Shown here: positions 1-8,924 of the stretch, piece by piece | Numbering within the stretch: the first letter of the stretch is position 1 | How the letters are laid out: the number at the start of each line of letters is the position of its first letter | Assembly: GCA_038150265.1 (NCBI GenBank) | Contig: JAYOTF010000041.1 | Coordinates: 1-29,288 of the forward strand | Reading direction: 5' to 3' | Source: Deltaproteobacteria bacterium | GTDB lineage: Bacteria > SAR324 > NAC60-12 | DNA: 29,288 nucleotides | Translations under genes and position numbers: made by a program | Notes under the pieces: model-generated | What the model saw: the letters and a program-made list of their open reading frames with translations, nothing else | The model's database searches: none | What the model was told of the DNA's origin: nothing

Positions 1-594
1 GGGGACTTCCACATAAGAAAGCTCCGGGTGCTTGATCAGAATTTCCAGAAGCAGTTTAAAGCCATTGGAATTGAGGGTGGGAGCCAGTTGATGAAACACG
101 ACCCGATCAATCAGGAAGAAGCCACTCAGGGGGTCAGAAACCGGTTGAGTCAGAAACCGCTGGGCGAGTTGCGTTCCCAATTCGCTGATGCGCATCCTCC
201 GGGGGTCCCATCCGTCCATGGCTCCTTCGGTCTCATACCGCGTTCCAATGACCAAGTCGGCCTGTTGACTTCTTTCCAGCAGTTCCGGAATCCGAGAGAG
301 GTCATGCTGCAAATCGGCATCCGTCACCAGGAGCTTCGGGCCTCGAGCGGCCAGAAAGCCCTCGACAATCGCGGTGCTGAGGCCCTTGCGGTTGAGGCGC
401 CGAATGAGGGTCAGGTTCGGGAACGTTGCCTGTAATTCCTGAACAACCGCCCAGGTTTCATCGGGGGAGTTGTCATCAACGACCACAAACTCGTGTGGAA
501 TCTGACGCAGCAGCTCGTCCAGCCTTTCCAGAATTTTGACAATGTTCTCCCGCTCATTGTAGGTCGGAAGAATAATGGAAAGTTGCAGATCCAT
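1..594 (-). CDS. Glycosyltransferase family 2, polyprenol/dolichol-phosphate mannose synthase (DPM1)-like; 3' end runs off the window
   Basis: Not in the ORF track. My translation from ATG at 594 is open to position 1: MDLQLSIILPTYNERENI...VVVDDNSPDETW...RKGLSTAIVEG...VTDADLQHD...LVIGTRY...SDPLSGFF...GFKLLLEIL. These are the DPM1-like GT2 motifs, including DxD. Confidence 0.9.
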   Translation of the reverse strand, partial: MDLQLSIILPTYNERENIVKILERLDELLRQIPHEFVVVDDNSPDETWAVVQELQATFPNLTLIRRLNRKGLSTAIVEGFLAARGPKLLVTDADLQHDLSRIPELLERSQQADLVIGTRYETEGAMDGWDPRRMRISELGTQLAQRFLTQPVSDPLSGFFLIDRVVFHQLAPTLNSNGFKLLLEILIKHPELSYVEVP

Positions 595-633
595 GACACC
601 AGTCTGGGCGCAGGGGCACCTGAAAGAGTGTGG

Positions 634-1878
634 CTAGGCCGAAAGGAATCGAGCGATCCGTTCGACCGCCTGGTCCATTTGAGAAAACGAAAAGGGGGCG
701 GTTTGTTGAAGCATTTCGGCTCCGGAATAGTCAACAGCGGCGGCACGAACGGCCAAACCCTCCGCTGGAAAGAAAAACGCCTCTCCGGGCAGCAAGGCCA
801 CCTGTTCTTGCTCAAGAAGCGCTTGGCAGAGTTCCGCGCTGGTGGTGATGCCACGCCTTGCCAGTGAGTCCGAAAACGGCTGGAAGTCGGGAAACAGGTA
901 GAAGCCTCCCTCGGGCTCCGGAGCATTCAGGCCGATTTCCAGAAAGCGCTGGTGCAGGTGCTGGCAGGCCGCTTGGTGGATGCGGGTGCACTGAGACACG
1001 TACGAACGAATCGCCTCATTCGCCTCAAAAGCCGGGACCGCGGCATACTGAATGGGGCTGCTGACACAGCTGAAGGTCTCACTGATCAAGGCGTTCCACG
1101 CGGGCAGAACGCCCTCCAACGCTTCCGGAAGCAAGGCGACTCCCAGCCGCCAGCCTCCCGCAGAAAAAGCCTTCGAGAGCCCGCTGGTGACGATGGTGCC
1201 TTCTGGATAAAATCGAGCCAAGCCGGTAAATCCCTCTCGGCTGTAATCGACCAGTGCGTAAATTTCGTCGGCAATCACAAGCACCTGGTGCTGACGACAG
1301 ACCGTCGCTAGGGCCTCAAGTTCTGCTGCCGTGTGGACGCTTCCGGTGGGGTTGCTCGGGTTGTTCAGAATCAGGAGCTTTTGCCCCGGACCCAGCTCCC
1401 GGCAGGTGGCATCCAGCGCATCGGCCTGCAAGCGGTACCCCTGCTCCCGCTGGGTTGCAACCAGGTGAGACGGCTTGTTGAGCAGGTGGGCCTGTGGACC
1501 ATAGCTGACCCAACTGGGGCTGGGAATGAGCAGGGGGCCTTCAAAGAGGTAGAGCAGGTTGAAGATCAACTCCTTGCTCCCCGGACCAACCACCACCTGA
1601 TGCGGATGGGCCGCGTACCCAAACACTTCGGTAAAGAACCGGGCCACGCTGGCACGAAGTTCCGGAAGCCCCAGTCCCGGAAGGTACGTCTTTTCATGAG
1701 CCGCATCTCGCAGCGCCTGAACCAGCGGTTCCGGAACCGGGAAGGGCGACTCGCCAAACCCAAGGTGACAGACCTCCTTTCCCTCGGCTCGTAGCTGTTT
1801 GGCCAACTGGTTGATCTTCAGCGTGGCTGATTCCTTCAGGCCAGCGAAGGGCGCTTGTAAGACGGGTGCCTGGCTCAT
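634..1878 (-). CDS. PLP-dependent aminotransferase class I/II (aspartate aminotransferase-like)
   Basis: Motifs GFGESPF, NNPSNPTG, IADEIY and SGLSKAFSAGGWRLG (PLP lysine); 414 aa. Confidence 0.92.
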   Translation of the reverse strand: MSQAPVLQAPFAGLKESATLKINQLAKQLRAEGKEVCHLGFGESPFPVPEPLVQALRDAAHEKTYLPGLGLPELRASVARFFTEVFGYAAHPHQVVVGPGSKELIFNLLYLFEGPLLIPSPSWVSYGPQAHLLNKPSHLVATQREQGYRLQADALDATCRELGPGQKLLILNNPSNPTGSVHTAAELEALATVCRQHQVLVIADEIYALVDYSREGFTGLARFYPEGTIVTSGLSKAFSAGGWRLGVALLPEALEGVLPAWNALISETFSCVSSPIQYAAVPAFEANEAIRSYVSQCTRIHQAACQHLHQRFLEIGLNAPEPEGGFYLFPDFQPFSDSLARRGITTSAELCQALLEQEQVALLPGEAFFFPAEGLAVRAAAVDYSGAEMLQQTAPFSFSQMDQAVERIARFLSA

Positions 1879-1879
1879 G

Positions 1880-3527
1880 TTACTTCCCCCAGGAGTCGCG
1901 CAGGGTCACGATTCGATTGAAAACCGGGCGTGCCGCTTGATGATCCCTGACATCAGCACAGAAGTACCCCAGCCGCTCAAACTGGTAGGCCTGCCCGGGC
2001 TCCGCTGCCTGGAGGCTGGGCTCCAGCTTGACGTCTGGCAGCACCTCAACCGAGTTCGGGTTCAGGTCCTTCAGGAAGTCCTTGTCGGGCTGCTCGGCGC
2101 CCGGCGCGGCGGTGGTGAATAAACGGTCATAGAGGCGAACCTCAGCAGTCAGCGCATGCTCTGCCGACACCCAGTGAATGATGCCCTTGACCTTCCGGCC
2201 CTCCGGTTTTTTCCCACGCGCGGTGTCCGGGTCATAGTGGCACTCCAGCTCCACGACTCTTCCCTCGTCGTTCTTGAGGACACGGTCGCAGCGAATCACA
2301 TAGGCATTGCGCAGGCGCACCTCCCCTCCGGGCGTGAGGCGTTGAAAGCCGTCTGGCGGTGTCTCCTCAAAGTCGCTTTGCTCAATGTAGAGGGTCCGGG
2401 ACAGCGGGACCAGGCGGCGTCCGCGTTCCGGAAATTTCTGGTGGACCGGAGCATCAATCTCCTCCACCTCTCCCTCCGGCCAGTTGGTCAGGGTGACCTT
2501 CAGCGGGTGCAGCACGGCCATGGCGCGCGGGGCCTTCGGGTCGAGGTCTTCCCGAATGCAGTCCTCGAGCACGGTCATGTCAATGTGGTTGTCTGCTTTG
2601 GAGATGCCGATCCGTTCCGCAAACAAACGGAGGCTCTCCGGAGTGAAGCCCCGGCGCCGCAGTCCGGAAAGTGTGGGCATGCGGGGGTCATCCCAACCGG
2701 CGACGTGTTGCTCCTGAACCAGCTGAATGAGGCGGCGCTTGCTGAGCACCGTGTACTGGAGGTTCAGGCGGCTGAACTCAATCTGCTGGGGGTGGCAGGG
2801 CACGTCGAGGTGCGCCAGCACCCAGTCATAAAGCGGACGGTGGTCTTCAAACTCCAGGGTGCAGAGCGAGTGCGTGATGCCTTCCAGAGCGTCCGAGAGG
2901 CAGTGGGTGTAGTCGTACATCGGGTAAATGCACCACCTTGCGGATGCGGTACAGCACCGGATCCCGCAGGTTGATGTTCGGGGAAGCCATGTCGATCTTG
3001 GCCCGGAGCACGTGCGCACCATCGGCAAATTCACCGGCTCGCATCTTCCGGAACAGCTCCAGGTTTTCAGCGACGCTCCGGTTGCGGTGCGGGCTCTCCA
3101 CTCCAGGCTGCGTCAGGGTTCCGCGTTGCTCGCGGATCTGCTCCTGCGTTTGGCTGTCCACATACGCAAGGCCCTGCTCAATGAGCGACTCGGCAAAGGC
3201 GTACAGGGGCTCAAAGTAGTCCGACGCGTGCGTGAGGCGGTCGTCCCAGTCAAAGCCCAACCAGCGGACGTCTTCCAGAATGGACCGGACGTACTCCTCA
3301 TCTTCCTTGACGGGGTTGGTGTCGTCAAAGCGCATGAAGCACGTTCCGGAAAATTCTTCGGCCAGTCCAAAGTTCAGGCAAATCGATTTAGCATGCCCAA
3401 TGTGGAGGTAGCCGTTTGGCTCCGGAGGGAAGCGGGTGACCACCTGGGCGTGCTTCCCGGTGCGGAGGTCCTCCTGGACAATGTTGCGAATGAAGTGAGT
3501 GGGGCGGGTGGCTTCTGGAGAGCTCAT
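1880..3527 (-). pseudogene. glnS: Glutamine--tRNA ligase, split by a frameshifting deletion near 2936 (true pseudogene or assembly error)
   Basis: The 5' frame gives [17 protein letters not shown]...MRFDDTNP...[23 protein letters not shown] different frame continues [29 protein letters not shown]...VLSKR...[17 protein letters not shown]...FERLGYF...[11 protein letters not shown]. Confidence 0.9.
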
Positions 3528-3670
3528 GCAGAGTCGCGTGACAAAAGAAACAGGTTCAGTAAAAAGCGAGCAAAACTACCACAATTTTTCCTGAAGTAAC
3601 AAGTGCTTTGCAAGCAGCCGGTGCTTCAGGACAGCAAAGCTTCTGCAATTGGTGTTCCGGAAACGAGGAC

Positions 3671-4795
3671 TCAGCGCGCCAGGGGCGAGGCGCGGAGGAC
3701 AAAACGCTGCTGGGCGGAGAGGGTCTCTTGCACCTTTCCGTTGTTGCGGTCCAGCGTGCTGTACGACGCCCAGAACATCAGGTTGCTGCCGTCTGCCGCA
3801 TCACAGGCGCTGGCTCCGGAAGAGGCCTGATCGCATTCCGGTGTATCCGAGAGGGGGTCATGCTCAAACCCATTGCTTTCGGAGGTGTGGTACAGCCCCA
3901 GAAAGTGCCCGGTCTCATGGGCCGCCGTCTCTCCCAGCAACTGCTCGTCCAGCCCAGAGCCGGTGCTGTGGGCCGCCAGTGAGAGCAAGACGCCATTGAA
4001 GCTCCCCTTGAGGCCAAGTGTTCCCGGAATGCCGGAAGCCATCCCCAGGTAGGTCTGGTTGCTGAAGTCCTCCACAAAAAACAGATTGACGCCATCGTCC
4101 TGCCCGTTGGTGACCAGGGCTCCGGTATCGCTGTCCTGAAAGGACGCCCGTACTGTGGTGAAGCGGCTGTCATTATCTAAAGAAGTCACGGCCTTCAGGT
4201 CAATCGTAATGTCGTTGATCTGGAAGATGCGGGTCATGACCGCGAGGGCTGCGTCCAGGTCACTGGCGGAATACTGGGTACCCGTCAGGTACGGTCGAAC
4301 GGTCAGGGTGGCAGTGGGCTGCAGAGGCGCTTGGCGAGTGAAAATGAAAGGCTCGGAATCGCCCCAGTACTCCACGCGCCAGGGGCCAGCTTCCGGAAGG
4401 GTCCCCTGGGTGACCGGAAGCGGAAAGGCCGAGAAGCCGCCCCAGTTTTGCTCAAAGGCACCAAAGGTGTCGGAACAGTTGGGAGACATCAGGCGGAACA
4501 GGTCCTGACCAGAGGGCTGAATGAGCTGGAGCATCGTTGCGGAGCTGCCCAAGACGGCGATGGAGAAGGACACGGTCCCCTCCGGAATGGTGAAGGAACT
4601 GCCCCGCGTGGCACTTCGGGCGGCAGAAAGCTCCGGCGGACGGCTGCTGCTGAGGGTGGGGCAGAGCGACTCCGGATTGGTGCTGACCTGCTCAAAGCCA
4701 TCACTTCCGGACAATCCGGAGCTGATTTCCGAGGAGCAACCTGCGCTGAGAAGCAGCAGACCGAGGAGGAGGATTAGACCGTTTCGGAGGCCCAT
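3671..4795 (-). CDS. Lipoprotein zinc metalloprotease, metzincin (M43/pappalysin-like)
   Basis: Signal peptide with lipobox LSAG-C, the zinc motif HETGHFLGLYH (HExxHxxGxxH) and a Met-turn NLMF. Confidence 0.8.
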   Translation of the reverse strand: MGLRNGLILLLGLLLLSAGCSSEISSGLSGSDGFEQVSTNPESLCPTLSSSRPPELSAARSATRGSSFTIPEGTVSFSIAVLGSSATMLQLIQPSGQDLFRLMSPNCSDTFGAFEQNWGGFSAFPLPVTQGTLPEAGPWRVEYWGDSEPFIFTRQAPLQPTATLTVRPYLTGTQYSASDLDAALAVMTRIFQINDITIDLKAVTSLDNDSRFTTVRASFQDSDTGALVTNGQDDGVNLFFVEDFSNQTYLGMASGIPGTLGLKGSFNGVLLSLAAHSTGSGLDEQLLGETAAHETGHFLGLYHTSESNGFEHDPLSDTPECDQASSGASACDAADGSNLMFWASYSTLDRNNGKVQETLSAQQRFVLRASPLAR

Positions 4796-5325
4796 TGTTC
4801 CAACAATTCGTGGTAGTGGTCCAAATCCGGAACCGTCAGGTTCGGGTCCTTCCCCAATTCGTCGTAGTGCCGCAGCTGCAACGCGGCTTCAAAGTGAGGG
4901 TTCATCTGGAAACGCTTGGCCTCTGAGGCCGTCAGGGGACCTCCCTGCAGCTGCAGGCTCTGAATGGACGCCTCGGAAAGCTGCCGCAGGTAGTCCGGGT
5001 TGGTGGTACACAGGTAACGCTTGGCAAGAACATGAAACCGGATCGGACCGGTGACGGCTTTGGGAAAGTGCTGGCTCAGGTAATTGGCGCCGATTTCTTC
5101 ATGAACCGTGTCCACACCACGGTCCGCAGCGTCTTCTCCCAGACCGTGGATGAGGTGTCCGTAGTCGTGAAGCAGAGCAGCCAGCACCAGGGCTTCTGGC
5201 GCCTGGTCCTGTTCTGCCAGGTGGGCACACTGCAGAGAGTGTTGCAGCACCGTCACGCCTTCGCCATAGCTGGCCTGCCCTTCGGTTTGCAACGTGTGGA
5301 GGATGTCAGTCACTGCGGTACTCAT
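4774..5325 (-). CDS. HD-domain diiron organophosphonate oxygenase, PhnZ/TmpB-like
   Basis: Motifs YGEGVTVLQHSLQCA, LLHDYGH, HEEIGA, FHVLAKRYL, LSEASIQSLQLQGG and LRHYDELGK match the PhnZ family. Confidence 0.85.
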   Translation of the reverse strand: MSTAVTDILHTLQTEGQASYGEGVTVLQHSLQCAHLAEQDQAPEALVLAALLHDYGHLIHGLGEDAADRGVDTVHEEIGANYLSQHFPKAVTGPIRFHVLAKRYLCTTNPDYLRQLSEASIQSLQLQGGPLTASEAKRFQMNPHFEAALQLRHYDELGKDPNLTVPDLDHYHELLEQWASETV

Positions 5326-5381
5326 GAATGTCTCTTCTTGAAAGCAACAGGCGGGGAGGGGTTCCGGAAGCCTGCCGGGCC

Positions 5382-6143
5382 CTAGCGGCGGCGCAGCAAA
5401 ATGGTTGGCAGGTGCAACTGATCGCTCTTGTAGTCTCCGGACAGCACCAGCATCAAGAGGTTCACGTAAAGCCGCAAGCGAACTTCATCATCGGCGGCAT
5501 TTCCGGTGACCCGTACCGGTGAGTCCCGCAGGCGAGACCAGCTCCACTTGGCCGAATCATTCAGGATCATGATGGGGCGCCCGCCCTCTTCCAGCAGGTG
5601 GATGGGCGTGCCTCCCGGGCCCAGCAGCATCCGCTTTTCCAGGAGGTAAAAGCTGAAGGACAGGGTGTGCTGGCGATTGAGGGGAGCCCAGCTGCTTTGG
5701 GGGTACAGCACGCGCGCCCAGCTCTTCCAGGCCTCAGAGGACGAGTCCTCCACGTCGGTGCAGACATCCAGGAACAGCGTCCCACCGTGGTTGAAGAAGT
5801 CCCGCCAGCGCAGCTTGTCCTCAAGACGGTTGGCCGGCGGCGGGCCACACATTTCCAGGTGCAGGAAGGGGGTCTGGAGTGCGAGTGGGTCGGCAAAGTC
5901 CACCCATTGCTGCTCGGAGCTGAGCGCGATGGTGGTCCGGCCCTCAATGGCAACCTTGGCACGGGCGATCGAGATCGGCTCCGGAGGGGCGCCAAATGTC
6001 AGGGTTTGCCACGTGAGGGCATCCAGGGCCTGGATCCGTTCAGGAGTCAGCGGAGTGGCTTCCGGTGCCTCGGTTGGTTGGGCGCCGAGCAGCGGAGTCA
6101 GGCTGAGCCACAGCAGGGCGCCGAGGAACCCGTTCCGGATCAC
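5382..6143 (-). CDS. DUF4159-domain protein with N-terminal signal/TM segment
   Basis: GGTLFLD, HTLSFSFYLL and the C-terminal VNLLMLVLSGDYKSDQLHLPTIL motif typical of DUF4159. The GTG start overlaps the coaBC stop (GTGA). Confidence 0.75.
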   Translation of the reverse strand: MIRNGFLGALLWLSLTPLLGAQPTEAPEATPLTPERIQALDALTWQTLTFGAPPEPISIARAKVAIEGRTTIALSSEQQWVDFADPLALQTPFLHLEMCGPPPANRLEDKLRWRDFFNHGGTLFLDVCTDVEDSSSEAWKSWARVLYPQSSWAPLNRQHTLSFSFYLLEKRMLLGPGGTPIHLLEEGGRPIMILNDSAKWSWSRLRDSPVRVTGNAADDEVRLRLYVNLLMLVLSGDYKSDQLHLPTILLRRR

Positions 6144-7390
6144 GAGGGCTCACTGATGCGGTCCAGGATCGCCTTGGCAATCCGGGGCTTGCCCTCGACG
6201 CGGTCAGGCTCCTGACCGGGAGCGACCATCCAGGCGACCTGATCGCCTCCGGAAAAGTCTTCTCCCCGGTTGGCGACCACGAGTTGGTAGTTTCCTTCCT
6301 GCAGGCGGTTCCGGGCGATCTGAATCAGCTCGTCATGCGTGACCAGTTCTTCATACTTGAAGGTCACCATCTTCAGGTCCGGAAAGTGGTCGCGCACCTC
6401 TCGGATGACCTTGGCCGTGGGAACCAGCTTGATGCTGACGGGTTGGCTTCCGCTGGCCAGCTTCCCAATGAAGGACTGCTCCGGGCGGTAGTCGGCCACT
6501 GCTGCCGTGAAGATGCCCCAATCTGCCGGTTCTTCCTGGAGGCGGCGGAGCAGGGTCTCGCGGTACTGCTCATAGGTGTGGACAAAGGTGGCATCCAGGA
6601 ATTCCGGGGGCGACTGGCTGCCTTTGCCCAGAATCAGCTCCACCTCCGCGCCTCGGATCCAGGCCTCGGTGGCGACTTCAATGGACAGGCTTCCGGTGAA
6701 GACGGTGGTGATGCGGCGCACGTTGTCGAGCATGACCGGTGTGGGCCCGCCGGTGATGAGCAGGCGCTTGCCCCGGAGGGAGGACTGCGAGAGGGCCCGA
6801 ATGGTGGAGCCAACCAGAACCTCGGCAGAGGGGAGGTTGTTCTTGCCGTGCGCCTGACGGGGCGGGATGATGTGCACCCCCAGGCCCTGCAGACGCTTGA
6901 GGGAGTCGGTCAGGATCTGGTTGTGCATGGTCCCGTGCATGGCGGGGGCAATCAGCACCGGCACCTGCTGCCGTTCCATGCGGCCGATGGCCGTCGCCAG
7001 CGTTGCCAGCACCACCGAGTCGGCAATGCCCAGCGCCATCTTGTTGATGAGGCTGTAGGTGGCTGGAGCGACCAGGTAGGCGTCCACCGGACGGGAGTCG
7101 CTGAGGTGCTCGGCTTCTGGACTGAAGTGGTCGATCACCGGGTGCAACGAGGTCCACTCCAGGGCCTCCTTCGCCACATACCGCAGCGCCTCGCGGGTGG
7201 CATACACCACGACCTCCGCGCCTTCGCGACGCAGGTCCCGCACCAGGTCCGGAGTCCGGTACGCCGCAATGCTGCCGGAGATCATCACCGCAATCCGTTT
7301 GCCCTGCAGGCGCTCTCCACGCTGGGCAACCGCCCGGTCAGACAGGTCGGCAACGTTCGGAGGCGTCAGGCTCCAGTGCGAGTCAGACAT
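6140..7390 (-). CDS. coaBC: Bifunctional phosphopantothenoylcysteine decarboxylase / phosphopantothenate--cysteine ligase (atypical, archaeal-like)
   Basis: Flavoprotein part: ISGSIAAY, VAPATYSLINKMALGIAD, APAMH. CoaB part: LITGGPT..LDNVRRIT, AAVADYRP, LVVAN. Confidence 0.88.
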   Translation of the reverse strand: MSDSHWSLTPPNVADLSDRAVAQRGERLQGKRIAVMISGSIAAYRTPDLVRDLRREGAEVVVYATREALRYVAKEALEWTSLHPVIDHFSPEAEHLSDSRPVDAYLVAPATYSLINKMALGIADSVVLATLATAIGRMERQQVPVLIAPAMHGTMHNQILTDSLKRLQGLGVHIIPPRQAHGKNNLPSAEVLVGSTIRALSQSSLRGKRLLITGGPTPVMLDNVRRITTVFTGSLSIEVATEAWIRGAEVELILGKGSQSPPEFLDATFVHTYEQYRETLLRRLQEEPADWGIFTAAVADYRPEQSFIGKLASGSQPVSIKLVPTAKVIREVRDHFPDLKMVTFKYEELVTHDELIQIARNRLQEGNYQLVVANRGEDFSGGDQVAWMVAPGQEPDRVEGKPRIAKAILDRISEPS

Positions 7391-7414
7391 GAAAGGTAGC
7401 TCGATTTGGGGTCA

Positions 7415-8734
7415 TTAAAGGATGTTTGCGGCCAGTTCAGCCAACGCCGAGCGCTCCCCCTGTTGAAAGGTGACATGTCCCGCAAGGAACTGCCCCTTGA
7501 AACGTTCCACCAGCACGCTCAGACCGTTGGACGTTGTATCCAGATATGGATTGTCAATTTGCTGCGGATCCCCGGTGAGGACGATCTTGGTCCCTTCTCC
7601 GGCCCGGGTCACAATGGTCTTCATTTCATGCGGCGTGAGGTTTTGGGCCTCATCCACAATCATGTACTGCTTCGGGATGCTGCGTCCCCGGATGTACGTC
7701 AGGGGCTCCACCACCAGCACCCCCTGATCCAGCAACTCCTGGTAGCCCTTTCGGGAGCGCTTGGGCAGTTCGCCCATTTTTCCGTTGGAGCCCCCGTCCA
7801 CGAGTTGCTCGAGGTTGTCGAAGATGGGCTGCATCCAGGGCCCCAGTTTATCCTGTAACTCCCCGGGGAGGTACCCTAAATCTTTGCCCATCGGAAAAAT
7901 GGGGCGAGACACCAGCACCCGCGAGTAGCAGCGATCCACCAGCGTCATCTGCAGGCCTGCAGCCAGCGCCAGCAGGGTCTTGCCGGTGCCGGCCTTGCCA
8001 CTGAGGGTGACAATGGGGACCTCCGGATCCATCAGCAGCTCCAGGGCGAGGCGCTGCTCGGCGTTCCGAGGGTGAATCCCCCAGACCAGAAAATCCGGGT
8101 CGAGTCGGAACAACTGTTGCTCTCGAGCCACAAACCGGGTCACAATTGAAGCCCGTGGGTCGCCCTCGTCATGAAGGATGAGGCCCTCATTCGGATGCAG
8201 GGGCGCCTCCCATGGGAAGCTGGGGCGCTTGCGGTACTGCCGAAAGGACTCGGAGTCGACCGTCTGGTGCTGCACCCCATCGAACGAGGAGCGTGTCCGG
8301 GAGCCTTCGTACTGGGCGACCGGGATGCCCATGGCGCCGGCCTTGACGCGCAGGTTGGTGTCTTGGGTGACCAGCACAACGGGCTGCTGCTGCTGGTGCA
8401 GCGCCCAGGCGACGGAGAGGGTCCGGTTGGACGCCCGGCGGGCATCCAGGGCCACCGGCAGGTTCTCGGGAGCACCGGTCCGGAACTCCACCCGGACGGT
8501 TCCGCCGTGTGGCAGCGTGACGCCGTCTGCGAGGCTGCCGTGTTCCCGCAGGGCGTCCAGCCGGTTGGCAGCTTCCCGGGCGCTGTTGCCGGTTTGGCTC
8601 ATCTCGCTCTTGAACTTGTCGATCTCTTCCACCACCCCAATGGGGATGACCACCTCAGCCTGCGGGAACGCCTGCAGGGCTTCCGGGGCATAAAGCAGGA
8701 CGTTGGTGTCCAGCACATACACGCGTGCGGTCAT
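7415..8734 (-). CDS. PIN-domain PhoH-family ATPase (PhoH2/YlaK-like)
   Basis: N-terminal VLDTNVLL PIN motif. ATPase part has GKAGTGKT, DLGYLPG, YIRGRS, IVDEAQNLT and TGDPQQID. Confidence 0.93.
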   Translation of the reverse strand: MTARVYVLDTNVLLYAPEALQAFPQAEVVIPIGVVEEIDKFKSEMSQTGNSAREAANRLDALREHGSLADGVTLPHGGTVRVEFRTGAPENLPVALDARRASNRTLSVAWALHQQQQPVVLVTQDTNLRVKAGAMGIPVAQYEGSRTRSSFDGVQHQTVDSESFRQYRKRPSFPWEAPLHPNEGLILHDEGDPRASIVTRFVAREQQLFRLDPDFLVWGIHPRNAEQRLALELLMDPEVPIVTLSGKAGTGKTLLALAAGLQMTLVDRCYSRVLVSRPIFPMGKDLGYLPGELQDKLGPWMQPIFDNLEQLVDGGSNGKMGELPKRSRKGYQELLDQGVLVVEPLTYIRGRSIPKQYMIVDEAQNLTPHEMKTIVTRAGEGTKIVLTGDPQQIDNPYLDTTSNGLSVLVERFKGQFLAGHVTFQQGERSALAELAANIL

Positions 8735-8924
8735 GCGCCTCTGAGGCAGGAAGAACGTCTGGTTTCAGGGCGAAGGAGACGCGCACCTTGAAACTTTGAG
8801 GAGAGCTGATTATTCAATAGTGTTCCTCACATTGAGCATTTGAGGCTCACAGGGACGGAAGCAGGAGCCGGCGAGTTGCTCGTGATCCCCCCTGAGGCGC
8901 CTTGGGATTTTGCCAGAATCATTC

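Noticed and set aside
2930..2945. Programmed ribosomal frameshift or intron as the explanation for split glnS
   Set aside because: There is no slippery heptamer and no inserted sequence. Conserved residues are missing rather than interrupted, so recoding could not restore the protein.
8735..8924. Pho box upstream of the PhoH-family gene
   Set aside because: No CTGTCAT-like 11-bp-period direct repeats are visible, only a weak imperfect palindrome (TCAAT...ATTGA). PIN-PhoH proteins are not necessarily Pho-regulated.
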